From assembly GCA_964630455.1 (NCBI GenBank), contig CAZVVA010000005.1, forward strand, positions 1 through 40,848: a stretch of DNA of 40,848 nucleotides. The letters are read 5' to 3'. Below are positions 18,233 through 27,760 of the stretch, one piece after another. Numbering within the stretch: the first letter of the stretch is position 1; each line of letters starts with the position of its first letter. The position numbers and the translations under genes are program-made. Source of the DNA: an uncultured Candidatus Sumerlaeota bacterium (GTDB lineage: Bacteria; Sumerlaeota; Sumerlaeia; MWCT01; JAUWMI01). The notes below the pieces were generated by a model. It did no database searches and was not told the origin of the DNA. It saw nothing but the letters and a program-made list of their open reading frames with translations.

Positions 18233-19723
18233 TCAGTCCGATCCGTGGCCCGTACCCGTGGTGGCGAATTGCCGCAAGTATTGCTCCCACATGCCGATGA
18301 TTTCAGCGCCGGTGCCGCAGAAGACACGTTCACTATGCAGATGGTCTAAGAAGTCCTCGAAAACCCTCTTCCATCCAGCCCACAATTGCTCGTCAAACGA
18401 TGAGTTATGCCATACGATCACAAACACGCCCCTGAAGCGTTTCACCGTCTCCAGGAGAGCCAGGATGGTCTTGAAGGCTTGGTCGGCGCTAAGCCCACGA
18501 TGGAATCTGAGCGTCGTATCCATCACGATCAACGGAATCTCCCAGATGTCAATTTCCCGATTTCCCAGAAGATCATAGGGTCGAAAAGGAACGCACAATC
18601 CTGAGCGAAAACCCTCGTTATCAGCGAATCCAAGCGTTGCATCGTATTGCAAGCCAGCCTGTGCGAGATAGCGCCACGTGTCTGGAATACAAAATCGCAG
18701 GTAGTGGAAGCGGTTTCCCACGATTGGCTGTCTGGCGACGGATTCCAGACGAGCTTTTTCGCGCTGCAGTTTGTGCAACGAGTGGGCGCTGTGATAGCTG
18801 CCGTGCAGCCCGATTTCACACCCGTGTGCCTGAATCGCTGAGAGCGCTGAGCGCACCGTCCGGCTGCGCAGATACGTCGGCCCATCAAGCGAACTTCCCC
18901 TCCCGGCGCGGAAGTAAAAACTTGCACGGCATCCTGCTTGGGCCTCTCGGTCAAGCAGGTAACTGAAGCTTTGATATGGATCCTGCTGTCGATGAAAACG
19001 AACTCGCATAAACCCGGAATAGAATTGTCTTAGCTCATCGCTACCACAGCTGCGGTTCCCCGCTCTGCCAAGAAGACGTCCCAAGAGCGAGCGCGTCGAA
19101 TATTTCCAGAACACGTCCACATCGTGGCTCACCAAAACAGCAAAGTCAGCATCAGGCAGCCAGGTGCGCCGATTGGCTTCAGGGACGAGGCGCTTTATCT
19201 GCACCCAGAGCAGCTGAGCATACTCGTGCGCAAGCGGCCGCTGCAAGAAATTTTCGCGCAATGCCAAACTAGCTGACGCGGGAAATCGGCCGTGCTGATC
19301 GCGCTCCCCCTGTACCACAGCCTCATACTGCGTGGCCAGAAAAAAGACCGAAGCAACAATATCAATAAGGAGCTCAGCACGGCGATCCTCTTCATTCACA
19401 AACTGCTCGCCTTCAGCTCGGGTTGAGTATAAGACTGGAAGATCATGGTAACGAAGCAGTGGTCGTTGCGGTAGCGAAGCTTCAGTCAAGTACCCCTTGC
19501 TCCAGAAGTCGGATTCATAGATATGAATATGCGGCGCCCCAGTAATGTCCGGCTTCACTAGACCGTAGGAAATGATTGGTTTATTGCCATGTTCGGTTCG
19601 CGCTTCGATCTCAGCAAGCGGAACAAATGTTACCCTCAGACCTAACAGGTTACATATAAGCCGAAAGCTATACTCAATATGGCTTTTGAAACATTCATTC
19701 GCATATGTTACACAGATTTCCAT
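18233..19723 (-). CDS. Putative polysaccharide deacetylase-like protein (CE4/NodB-like core) with an extra N-terminal domain
   Basis: 496-aa ORF. LVSHDVDV, EIGLHGSYHS, GNRFHYLRF, YDATLGF and IWEIPLIVMD resemble the divergent polysaccharide-deacetylase family common in EPS loci. The N-terminal ~190 aa are unassigned. Confidence 0.5.
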   Translation of the reverse strand: MEICVTYANECFKSHIEYSFRLICNLLGLRVTFVPLAEIEARTEHGNKPIISYGLVKPDITGAPHIHIYESDFWSKGYLTEASLPQRPLLRYHDLPVLYSTRAEGEQFVNEEDRRAELLIDIVASVFFLATQYEAVVQGERDQHGRFPASASLALRENFLQRPLAHEYAQLLWVQIKRLVPEANRRTWLPDADFAVLVSHDVDVFWKYSTRSLLGRLLGRAGNRSCGSDELRQFYSGFMRVRFHRQQDPYQSFSYLLDREAQAGCRASFYFRAGRGSSLDGPTYLRSRTVRSALSAIQAHGCEIGLHGSYHSAHSLHKLQREKARLESVARQPIVGNRFHYLRFCIPDTWRYLAQAGLQYDATLGFADNEGFRSGLCVPFRPYDLLGNREIDIWEIPLIVMDTTLRFHRGLSADQAFKTILALLETVKRFRGVFVIVWHNSSFDEQLWAGWKRVFEDFLDHLHSERVFCGTGAEIIGMWEQYLRQFATTGTGHGSD

Positions 19724-20487
19724 CTCATGCCACTACAAATTGAATGCCTATGCATCTGATAAGAGCCGCACAATAAATCCCGCTGCTCCACGTACAACCA
19801 TTCTGATGTACCAGAAGGTACGAACGTGTCAATTCTAAAATCATATCTTAATCAAAAGCATCCTTCCCAGTATATGCAAGCTCATAATGCCGTCAGAATG
19901 CTCAACAACTTTCAGGGCATCGACCTATTTGAAGTAATCACGGCAGTCCAGTGCACAAGGATAGAAACTAACAGTGGCAAATCGCGGTAATAGTGAAGCT
20001 TCGAGTTAAAGCAACGGCACCCCCCGATGTAAGTAGAAGAACGACCGCAAACCCGCATAACGACTTCCTGAAGGCTTGCAGCAACAAGGATGCCTGAGTA
20101 ATAAAAAAGCGCCTTCCTTTCCCTCTTATCGTAGATCAAACCTTGTCAACCTCTTATGTAATAGTATAGACGCGAAGGCGAAGGATTTGCTAAATTGGCT
20201 GGAAATTATGAGAATTTGCTTGAATCTTAGCAAAAGCTCTGCCAGACATAAGTAAACTGTTTTGATATTTGATGTGGCAAGTTTACGGTGAACCTCATTA
20301 AGTTTTCTTGCTTCTGAATCCCCATTGCTATAACAGAGATGTAACTCTGCATTACGGAAGCAAGTAACTTATACAGGAGCAATTTCACATCCTATTTCTC
20401 AAGCCCAGATAATCCTACAATAGGGAATAAGTAAATAGCACTCAAGACAATAGCAAAAGATTAATCCTTTTTCTTTAATCAGGAAAA

Positions 20488-21267
20488 ATGACCCTTAAAT
20501 CGCTAATCAATAAAATCGCATTCAAAGTAATCTGCTTATTCATTCCAAAGAGTGTGCATTATAAAGATATGATCCTTCCAGCAAACCACCTGCGCTTCTG
20601 TGGACCAGACTTTCTAGATGACGAATACTTCGTTACATCAGCTCTGGCAGAAGCTGATCGATTAGTTGAGCGTTTTAGGCTAACGACTAGTAGTCGTGTC
20701 TTGGATGTTGGGTGTGGTGTGGGCCGACTCCCTATTGGTATATTGGGTCGAATTGGAGAAATTCAACATTATCGAGGTGTTGATGTTAGCAAGAAATCTA
20801 TCCGATGGTGCCAACGCTATATATCCGGACGACATCCGAGCTTTCGGTTTATCCATATTGACGTGAAAAATCCCCGTTATAACCCACGCGGAAAAACAAT
20901 GGATATCGATTTTCGGCTCCCATTCGAGCACCAAGCATTTGACATCATCTATCTTTACTCGCTTTTCTCCCATATGACTACAGAAGAAATAAGGACGTAC
21001 TTAAACGAATTTCAACGCCTATTAGCGCCTTCGGGAAAAATTTTCTTGACTGCCTTCATCGCAGAAGGAGTACCCAAAATGACAATCAATCCGCAAGATT
21101 ATGTGAAGAACTGGAGTGGTGCATTACATTGCGTTCGGTATGACAAAGATTTTTTTGAGTCATTATTAGCTGAGAATAGTTTCAGCGTTGATTGTTTTAC
21201 TTACGAAAAGGAAATTGACAGACAGAGCGCTTTTTATATTTCCAGAAGGGGGAAAGATACTTCTTAG
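20488..21267 (+). CDS. Class I SAM-dependent methyltransferase
   Basis: 259-aa ORF. Motif I is RVLDVGCGVGRL; post-I/II is FDIIYLYSLFSHM. AT-rich codon usage. Confidence 0.8.
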   Translation: MTLKSLINKIAFKVICLFIPKSVHYKDMILPANHLRFCGPDFLDDEYFVTSALAEADRLVERFRLTTSSRVLDVGCGVGRLPIGILGRIGEIQHYRGVDVSKKSIRWCQRYISGRHPSFRFIHIDVKNPRYNPRGKTMDIDFRLPFEHQAFDIIYLYSLFSHMTTEEIRTYLNEFQRLLAPSGKIFLTAFIAEGVPKMTINPQDYVKNWSGALHCVRYDKDFFESLLAENSFSVDCFTYEKEIDRQSAFYISRRGKDTS

Positions 21268-21305
21268 CCTCCAACGGCAATGATCATTGAGCAAGGAGAG
21301 AACCT

Positions 21306-22445
21306 ATGAATTCAAATTCAAAAAAAGTTCTCGTCACAGGCGGAGCGGGATTTATTGGCAGTCATATTGTGGATAGGTTGGTTGACCAAGGTTATGAAGT
21401 AATCATATACGATAATCTCGATCCGCAAGTTCACAACGGGAAACCGGATTATTTAAACGAGAAAGCGGAGTTCATCGAAGGTGATGTTAGAGATAAAAAG
21501 AAACTGAAGAAAGTGCTCAGAGAAGTTACTATAGTCAGCCATCAGGCAGCTGTTGTTGGAGTGGGGCAATCTATGTATGAAATAGAAAGATACGTGGATG
21601 TGAATACGAAAGGTACGGCTGCATTACTCGACCTTATCGTTAATGAGAAAGATATCAAAATTGAAAAGCTGGTTGTTGCAAGTAGTATGAGCACCTATGG
21701 CGAAGGGGCGTACTATTGTAACAGATGCAAGGAGTACAAATATCCAAATCTTCGCGACGAAGCTCAAATGAAACGAGAAGAATGGGAACATAAATGTCCC
21801 AATTGCGGCACTACTTTAGAACCAAAGCCTACCTTGGAAACCAAGCCCCTGAATACAACAAGTATTTATGCTCAAACTAAAAAAGACCAGGAGGAGATGG
21901 CCCTGATGATTGGCCGTGCCTATGGTATCCCAACCGTTGCCCTTCGGTATTTCAATGTTTATGGCCCCAGACAAAGTCTCAATAATCCATATACCGGTGT
22001 TTGTGCAATCTTTAGCAGTCGGATCAAGAGTGATCATCCCCCATTGATTTATGAGGATGGAAATCAAATGAGAGACTTCATTTATGTCTCCGATATTGCC
22101 GGGGCTAATCAGCTAGCCATTGAAAAACCAGAGGCTGATATGAAGACCTTCAATGTGGGGACCGGAAATCCTAGAACCATCAAGGAAATAGCCCATCTTT
22201 TGATAAAGCTGTATGGAAAACAAGACGACTTAAAGCCCGAAACAGTTGCAAAATTTAGAGAAGGAGATATCAGGCATTGCTATGGCGATATCTCCAAGAT
22301 AAGTGGCATCCTTGGCTTTGAGCCCAAGGTTAGTTTCGAAGATGGAATGAAAAAGCTGATCGAATGGGGTAAAAAGCAGGAAGCAAAAGACAAGTTTGAA
22401 CAAGTTGAGACTGAGCTAAAAGAAAAGGGGTTGTTAAAGGGTTAG
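21306..22445 (+). CDS. NAD-dependent epimerase/dehydratase (extended SDR) with an inserted Cys4 zinc-ribbon
   Basis: 379-aa ORF: VLVTGGAGFIGSHIVDRL, ASSMSTYG, YAQTK. About 35 extra residues lie between the catalytic Ser and Tyr, containing CNRC...CPNC (nt ~21711-21821). Confidence 0.85.
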   Translation: MNSNSKKVLVTGGAGFIGSHIVDRLVDQGYEVIIYDNLDPQVHNGKPDYLNEKAEFIEGDVRDKKKLKKVLREVTIVSHQAAVVGVGQSMYEIERYVDVNTKGTAALLDLIVNEKDIKIEKLVVASSMSTYGEGAYYCNRCKEYKYPNLRDEAQMKREEWEHKCPNCGTTLEPKPTLETKPLNTTSIYAQTKKDQEEMALMIGRAYGIPTVALRYFNVYGPRQSLNNPYTGVCAIFSSRIKSDHPPLIYEDGNQMRDFIYVSDIAGANQLAIEKPEADMKTFNVGTGNPRTIKEIAHLLIKLYGKQDDLKPETVAKFREGDIRHCYGDISKISGILGFEPKVSFEDGMKKLIEWGKKQEAKDKFEQVETELKEKGLLKG

Positions 22446-22449
22446 AAAG

Positions 22450-23589
22450 ATGAAGATTTCGATGTTAGTATTCAATCTTTCAAGCAATTGTATAGTGAGA
22501 ACTTACCCCATTGCAAAAGTGTTAGAAAAGTATTGCGAAATAGAAGTTATCGGCCCTACCTCTGAGAACGGAATTTACGAGCCATACCGGAATGAATTCC
22601 AGTATAAAGGATATCCCGTAAATATACATGGTAGTATGGCTTCAAGGATAGTTAGCGGACTGCGGGCAGTTCGGGAAATGGTGAAATCTATTGAAGGCGA
22701 TATTATATACGCGTTCAAGCCAAGATTTACTAGCTTTGGCATTGGTTTATTCGCTAAGTACTTGAAGAAAATCCCGCTTATATTGGATATAGAAGACTGG
22801 GAGGCAGAGCCTTATCATAGTTCTTCCGTTGCTAAAAGGCTATGTTTGGTTAGAAACTTAACCAATCCCGATAGCGATCTATATAACAGATTACTGGAAC
22901 CGCTTACGAAGTTGGCGGATGAAATTACCGTAGTTTCTAACTTTTTACAAAATCGATTTGGCGGAATAAAATTGCCGCATGGGGCTGATTGCTCCTATTT
23001 CGATCCTGCTAAGTATGATCGCGAAAGCCTTCGAAAAAAATGGGGATTTGACTTCAACGACAAATTAATACTTTTTGCTGGTACCCCCTTCCCTCATAAG
23101 GGTTTGGAGGAGGTAATTAAATCTCTAGAAATCATAGGTTCAGATTTCATCCGGCTGGTAATTGTGGGAAAGCAAACAGATTATGCAGAAAAACTAAAAA
23201 AGCTCGCCGGAGATTCAATGATTTCCATAGCTCCCCAACCTCATTCAAGCATGCCGGAATTCTTGAAGCTTGCAGACCTTGTGGTATTGCCTCAAAGAAA
23301 AACTGCTTTTGCTGAAGCTCAAGTTCCGGGAAAAGTTTTTGAAGCCATGGCAATGGCAAAACCTATAATTGCCACCAATGTGTCTGATTTGCCCGAGATT
23401 CTAAATGGTTGCGGTTGGATTGTTGAATCGGAAAATCCTAAGCAATTGGCGGAGACTATCCAGTATGTTTTAAATAATGGCGATGAAGCTGAAGAAATGG
23501 GCTGGAGGGCTCGGCAAAAGTGTATAGAAAAATATAGTTGGGATTCGATGGAAAGAACGTTGCTAAAGGTTTTTAAGAAATATGAGTGA
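22450..23589 (+). CDS. Glycosyltransferase family 4 (GT-B)
   Basis: 379-aa ORF. The C-terminal EX7E-type region is VLPQRKTAFAEAQVPGKVFEAMAMAKPIIATNVSDLPEIL. It starts 4 nt after the SDR stop. Confidence 0.8.
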   Translation: MKISMLVFNLSSNCIVRTYPIAKVLEKYCEIEVIGPTSENGIYEPYRNEFQYKGYPVNIHGSMASRIVSGLRAVREMVKSIEGDIIYAFKPRFTSFGIGLFAKYLKKIPLILDIEDWEAEPYHSSSVAKRLCLVRNLTNPDSDLYNRLLEPLTKLADEITVVSNFLQNRFGGIKLPHGADCSYFDPAKYDRESLRKKWGFDFNDKLILFAGTPFPHKGLEEVIKSLEIIGSDFIRLVIVGKQTDYAEKLKKLAGDSMISIAPQPHSSMPEFLKLADLVVLPQRKTAFAEAQVPGKVFEAMAMAKPIIATNVSDLPEILNGCGWIVESENPKQLAETIQYVLNNGDEAEEMGWRARQKCIEKYSWDSMERTLLKVFKKYE

Positions 23590-23970
23590 ATTCAAAGGGC
23601 ATGAGGTCCAAGGATTTAAAAATCTTGTGTGGGCGCGATGCTTTTCCCATCCTGGCGAATCGAGCATTCCTTATTAATTACTGCAAGCAGGCAAATCTCG
23701 TAAAAGAGCCTTCCTCATTGTTCAGCTATGTGTAGTTTTTCATAACATTGCATCGTGTTTCAGCTATAACCAAGCAATAGACCAGTGCTGCCCCAATCAC
23801 CAGCTATGGAATGCAGATGACCCTGCAGAGCTAATGCGTCTGCACTCCTTTATCACGAATATCAATTTAGTTCAAAGAAACGTACTCCTATTCTGATCTA
23901 CAGATGAGTCGAGCATGTGAGTGCCAAAATTATACTTAAGTCAAAAGCATTCCTGCGATTGTGTTAATAC

Positions 23971-24486
23971 TCAAAATGACCTTAGCAGGCCCAGTAATTT
24001 CTCTGCTGTTCGCTCCCAGGTGAACTGTTGGGCGCGTGACAGTCCCTTTTTAATCAGAGTCTGCCGCAGTGACTGGTCGTTCAGCAGTTGAACGATAGCA
24101 TTGGCAATATCTTTAACATCATAGGGATTGACTTGAACAGCAGCGTCTTCAACAATTTCCGGAAGCGACGACGTATTTGAGGTAATGACCGGAGTGCCGC
24201 AAGCCATTGCCTCGATAGCGGGTAAGCCAAAGCCTTCAAGCAGCGATGGAAACACAAAGCCACGGGCAAGCTTATAGAGTGCAGGTACGTCGTCATCTTT
24301 AACGTAGCCCAGAAACTTGACGTGACATGTAAGACCGAGATTGACGCCAGACCCAGTGCATAGGGATAGAGATTGACAGCCCCAAGCTGCGGTGATAATA
24401 AACCCTCGAGTTAAGCCAGCGGCGATAGGCACAGACGAATGGTCATGAGCCGCAATTAATGTTTTCTTCGAGTTAATTAAAAACAA
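23971..24486 (-). pseudogene. Truncated GT4 glycosyltransferase (C-terminal domain only)
   Basis: 171-aa ORF with a clear GT4 C-terminal half (FVFPSLLEGFGLPAIEAMACGTPVITSNTSSLPEIV). There is no room for the N-terminal Rossmann domain, because the plus-strand flippase starts 38 nt away. Composition resembles the flanking core rather than the surrounding AT-rich genes. Confidence 0.65.
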
Positions 24487-24524
24487 ACTGTCCTTACCCT
24501 AAGCAGTTCTGCTGAATTAATCAA

Positions 24525-26003
24525 ATGTCACAAAAAAAAGACAAAACTTTGCGCACTATTTTCAGTCTTTCTTTTTCGATGAATATAAACAGTTTTTGTC
24601 TCTTTGTCGCAGGATTAATAATTAACAGAATAATTGGACCCACCTTAGCAGGAATATTGAACTTTCTGAATCTTGTCTATTCCTACTGCAGTTATGCCTA
24701 CGCACCATTTCAGCTTTCCCTTTCCAGAGATTATCCGCAACTCATTGGCAGAAATGAACAGGAAAAGGCAAGCCTCCTATATAACAGTACGTATAGTTTA
24801 ACAATTATGACCGCTTCGGTTATCAGTATCGGGCTTCTCGTCTGTTCACTTTTTTTCCGCCATAATAAATTCCTACAGTATGGTTTTATCGCATTATCAA
24901 TAATACATCTGGGGCGAGGGACAAATTTTTTCCTGACAACGGCTGCACAAGTAACAAAAAATTTCCGAATGCTATCCGCTTATTATATTTTATTCGGCCT
25001 ATCTAATTTATTTATTGTGACCTTTTCTACATATTTATTCAGCTTTTATGGCACGATATTTGCCCTCGCACTTGTGCAATTTACTGCTTGTATTATTTTT
25101 TCGATTAAACTCAAGGTCACGGTAATGGTAAGAAGAGCAATTTTAAATTTGAAGCCTTCTTTTATTAGAGGTTTACCTTTACTAATTTTTACTTTTGTTT
25201 TTATGAACTTGATGCAGGTTGACCGTCTCCTGATAGCTATCTTTCTTGATTTCACGGAACTTGGTTATTATGGTCTGGCAGTGTCAGCGATCGGTTTCGC
25301 ACTCCTTATTCCAAACAGTATTTGGTCTGTAATATACCCAGAATTTATGGAGATGGGTGCAGCAAATAAAGACAACAGGGAAAAGATTAAAGGCGTTGCA
25401 AAACATAATACTATTAACTCGGGCGCATTTATAATATTCCCGCTGCTATTAATGTCGCTGGCGGTCCCTTTGGTTATCAACAACGTATTGCCGGCATTTC
25501 AACCAAGCATAATTGTTGCACAAATCTTACTATTCGCGCTTTTTTTTCTGGGTGTATATCAGATGTACTATTATGTTTTTATCCTGTATGAGCAGTTACC
25601 TCGTATTATAATGCTAACGTCTTTCTGTCTGCTCATTGACATTATTTTGAACTATTCATTCATAAGAAGAGGGCTTGGAATCAATGGCGTGGCTCTTGGC
25701 ACATCCGTTGCATTTTTCCTGTTCTGTTTTGCTACAATTGTCGAAGGAGGCAAAATTATAAATCAAAAACTCGCTGAGACAGCCATTTTATTGCTCAAGC
25801 TCCTATCTCCCTTTTGCTATGCGATAGCGATCTTTTTGCTAATTCATAAAATCAACCTTCTGGAACACAGATCTCTGTTGAATGATGTCAAATCGTTTTT
25901 ACTGGCAAGTGTCATTTCTTTCTTCCTGTATTCACCTGTTTTATTGTATCTAAATTATAGGTCCAAAATCATTACGAGGCTTGTAAAGTCAATATTTCAA
26001 TAA
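24525..26003 (+). CDS. Polysaccharide flippase-like MOP/Wzx-family membrane protein
   Basis: 492-aa ORF, almost entirely hydrophobic (~12-14 predicted helices). The size and glycan-locus context are typical of Wzx. The call rests on topology and context, not on a specific motif. Confidence 0.6.
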   Translation: MSQKKDKTLRTIFSLSFSMNINSFCLFVAGLIINRIIGPTLAGILNFLNLVYSYCSYAYAPFQLSLSRDYPQLIGRNEQEKASLLYNSTYSLTIMTASVISIGLLVCSLFFRHNKFLQYGFIALSIIHLGRGTNFFLTTAAQVTKNFRMLSAYYILFGLSNLFIVTFSTYLFSFYGTIFALALVQFTACIIFSIKLKVTVMVRRAILNLKPSFIRGLPLLIFTFVFMNLMQVDRLLIAIFLDFTELGYYGLAVSAIGFALLIPNSIWSVIYPEFMEMGAANKDNREKIKGVAKHNTINSGAFIIFPLLLMSLAVPLVINNVLPAFQPSIIVAQILLFALFFLGVYQMYYYVFILYEQLPRIIMLTSFCLLIDIILNYSFIRRGLGINGVALGTSVAFFLFCFATIVEGGKIINQKLAETAILLLKLLSPFCYAIAIFLLIHKINLLEHRSLLNDVKSFLLASVISFFLYSPVLLYLNYRSKIITRLVKSIFQ

Positions 26004-26464
26004 GAATCTCACGGGCAACACGATAAATAAACAGAGGATTTTTGGGGAAAATCGAAGCATTTTAATCCTTTTGGTGGGAAGCCTGGGTGTGATCTTGGTT
26101 ACAGAAGCTGGGCCGTGCCTTTGGTGAATAACTATGCGTAAGGGCATAAAGGTCACAGACAGAAACTTGGTGACAATGATGAAAAGACGAATTCTAATTG
26201 CAGCAATCATCGTACTGGCAGGTTTGGTGCTATGTGTTTGGCCGGAGCTGATGCTTCAGCCAGCAGCGCAGGAGCAAAGCATCCGGTAGAGCAATAACCT
26301 CGGCGATGTGGTCACCCGGCAAATGTGGATCATATGCGGCTCCCTGTGAAGTTGCAGTAGAGCAGATAGGAGAGTACCCGAAATAGCACAAAACCCCAAC
26401 AAGCGGATATTAATTATCGAACGCAATCCTCCAATGGGCCTTTTTTTGAAAATCCAATGAGTAA

Positions 26465-27334
26465 ATGAATATGCGAAAAATACTGTTAGCAGCGTACAAA
26501 ATTTGCCTGAAGATTTTTTCAGGACGTAGAATTGGAACATTTTATCCGATAGCAGTTGCCCATAAGTTTGTAATCTCTCTTCTGAAATCAAGGTTCACTG
26601 AAGTTGAGGGACATAAAATGTTCCTAGATTCGAAAGATACTCTTGGGCTTTCAATTAACGAATTTTACGAATCTCTCGAAACGGAGATTGTGAAGAAAGA
26701 AATTAAAAAAGGTGATGTTGCCGTAGATATTGGAGCTAACATTGGATATTATACTTTGATCTTTGCAAAACTTGTGGGTGACGAGGGGAAAGTTTTTGCC
26801 TTTGAACCAGATCCCACTAGTTTTGCTTTGCTTAAGAAGAATGTAGAAATAAACCGTTATCAAAACGTTATATTGGTGCAGAAGGCAGTCTCAAATGAAA
26901 CTGGTAAGATTAGACTGTATCTATGCGATGACAATCTCGCAGACCACAGAATATACAACTCACACGATGGTCGTAAGTCTATCGAAATCGAAGCCATACG
27001 ATTAGATGATTACTTCAAAGGTTACACAGGCAAGATTGATTTCATTAAAATGGACATACAAGGAGCTGAGGGGGACGCACTTCAAGGGATGTCGCTTCTT
27101 TTGCAAAAAAACAAAAATCTCAAGATGATTACAGAGTTCGAGCCCGTTGCGCTTAAAAGGTTTGGCATGGAACCAGAGGAATACTTAAAACTACTCGTAA
27201 AGCATGGCTTCGCATTGTATCATATAAATATGCAAGAAAAGAGAATAGAGCCAGCTGACATCGTCAAATTGCTAAAAACGTATACTCCTGAAATTGGGAA
27301 TTATGCGAATTTATTATGTCTAAGAGACGAATAG
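26465..27334 (+). CDS. FkbM-family SAM-dependent methyltransferase
   Basis: 289-aa ORF: VAVDIGANIGYYTLIFA, VFAFEPDP, IDFIKMDIQGAEGDAL. An alternative ATG lies at 26471. Confidence 0.85.
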   Translation: MNMRKILLAAYKICLKIFSGRRIGTFYPIAVAHKFVISLLKSRFTEVEGHKMFLDSKDTLGLSINEFYESLETEIVKKEIKKGDVAVDIGANIGYYTLIFAKLVGDEGKVFAFEPDPTSFALLKKNVEINRYQNVILVQKAVSNETGKIRLYLCDDNLADHRIYNSHDGRKSIEIEAIRLDDYFKGYTGKIDFIKMDIQGAEGDALQGMSLLLQKNKNLKMITEFEPVALKRFGMEPEEYLKLLVKHGFALYHINMQEKRIEPADIVKLLKTYTPEIGNYANLLCLRDE

Positions 27335-27760
27335 TTTTTGCTTCTTGGTTTACCATACAAAGAAAGATGGCCTGGGGCCTTCCGGCGAGCTTTGAAGTCC
27401 CCCTGTTCCATTGAGCAATGCCAACATCAGATAACACCAAGACGAGTCGGTGGGAAGGAACGTCGGTTTTATTCCTTGCGGAATTTCTCCCTTCTCTCAT
27501 CAAGCACCAATGCAGACGAGCCAGACCATAAAGAAGATTTTTTGCGAGGGTCGTGATCGTAGGACTGTGAAAGGCAGCCCAAGCCAAAACAATGAGAGTA
27601 ACTGACGCGTATATTTTGTAAAATAAGTTCCTATTTCTTTATATAGTGACGCTATTTGCGTTTGAAACCTTCAATACTCGCTGGAAGCATAAGCACACGG
27701 ACGAGTTTCCCTTCACGGCCACCTGCATAAAATGGGGGCAAATGTTTTGCGACTTGCTGT

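Noticed and set aside
24532-24539. A8/T8 homopolymer tracts in glycan genes (wzx 5' end 24532-24539; the GT4 near 35360; asnB near 39986) as slipped-strand phase-variation switches
   Set aside because: The tracts are only 8 nt long. They simply encode Lys-Lys or Phe-Phe in AT-biased codons. Without population or read-level length variation there is no support for phase variation.
26290-26460. Possible Wza/polysaccharide-export N-terminal remnant (NNLGDVVTRQMW resembling the Y.lGpGDvl.i.vw motif) after the orphan mini-ORF
   Set aside because: The match is limited to about 6 residues and is followed by multiple stops. This is too weak to call.
27264-27587. 107-aa minus-strand and 72-aa plus-strand ORFs in the GC-richer patch between the FkbM and class I methyltransferase genes
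   Set aside because: They overlap each other and the 3' end of the FkbM gene. They have no motifs. More likely this is non-coding relic DNA of the original locus.
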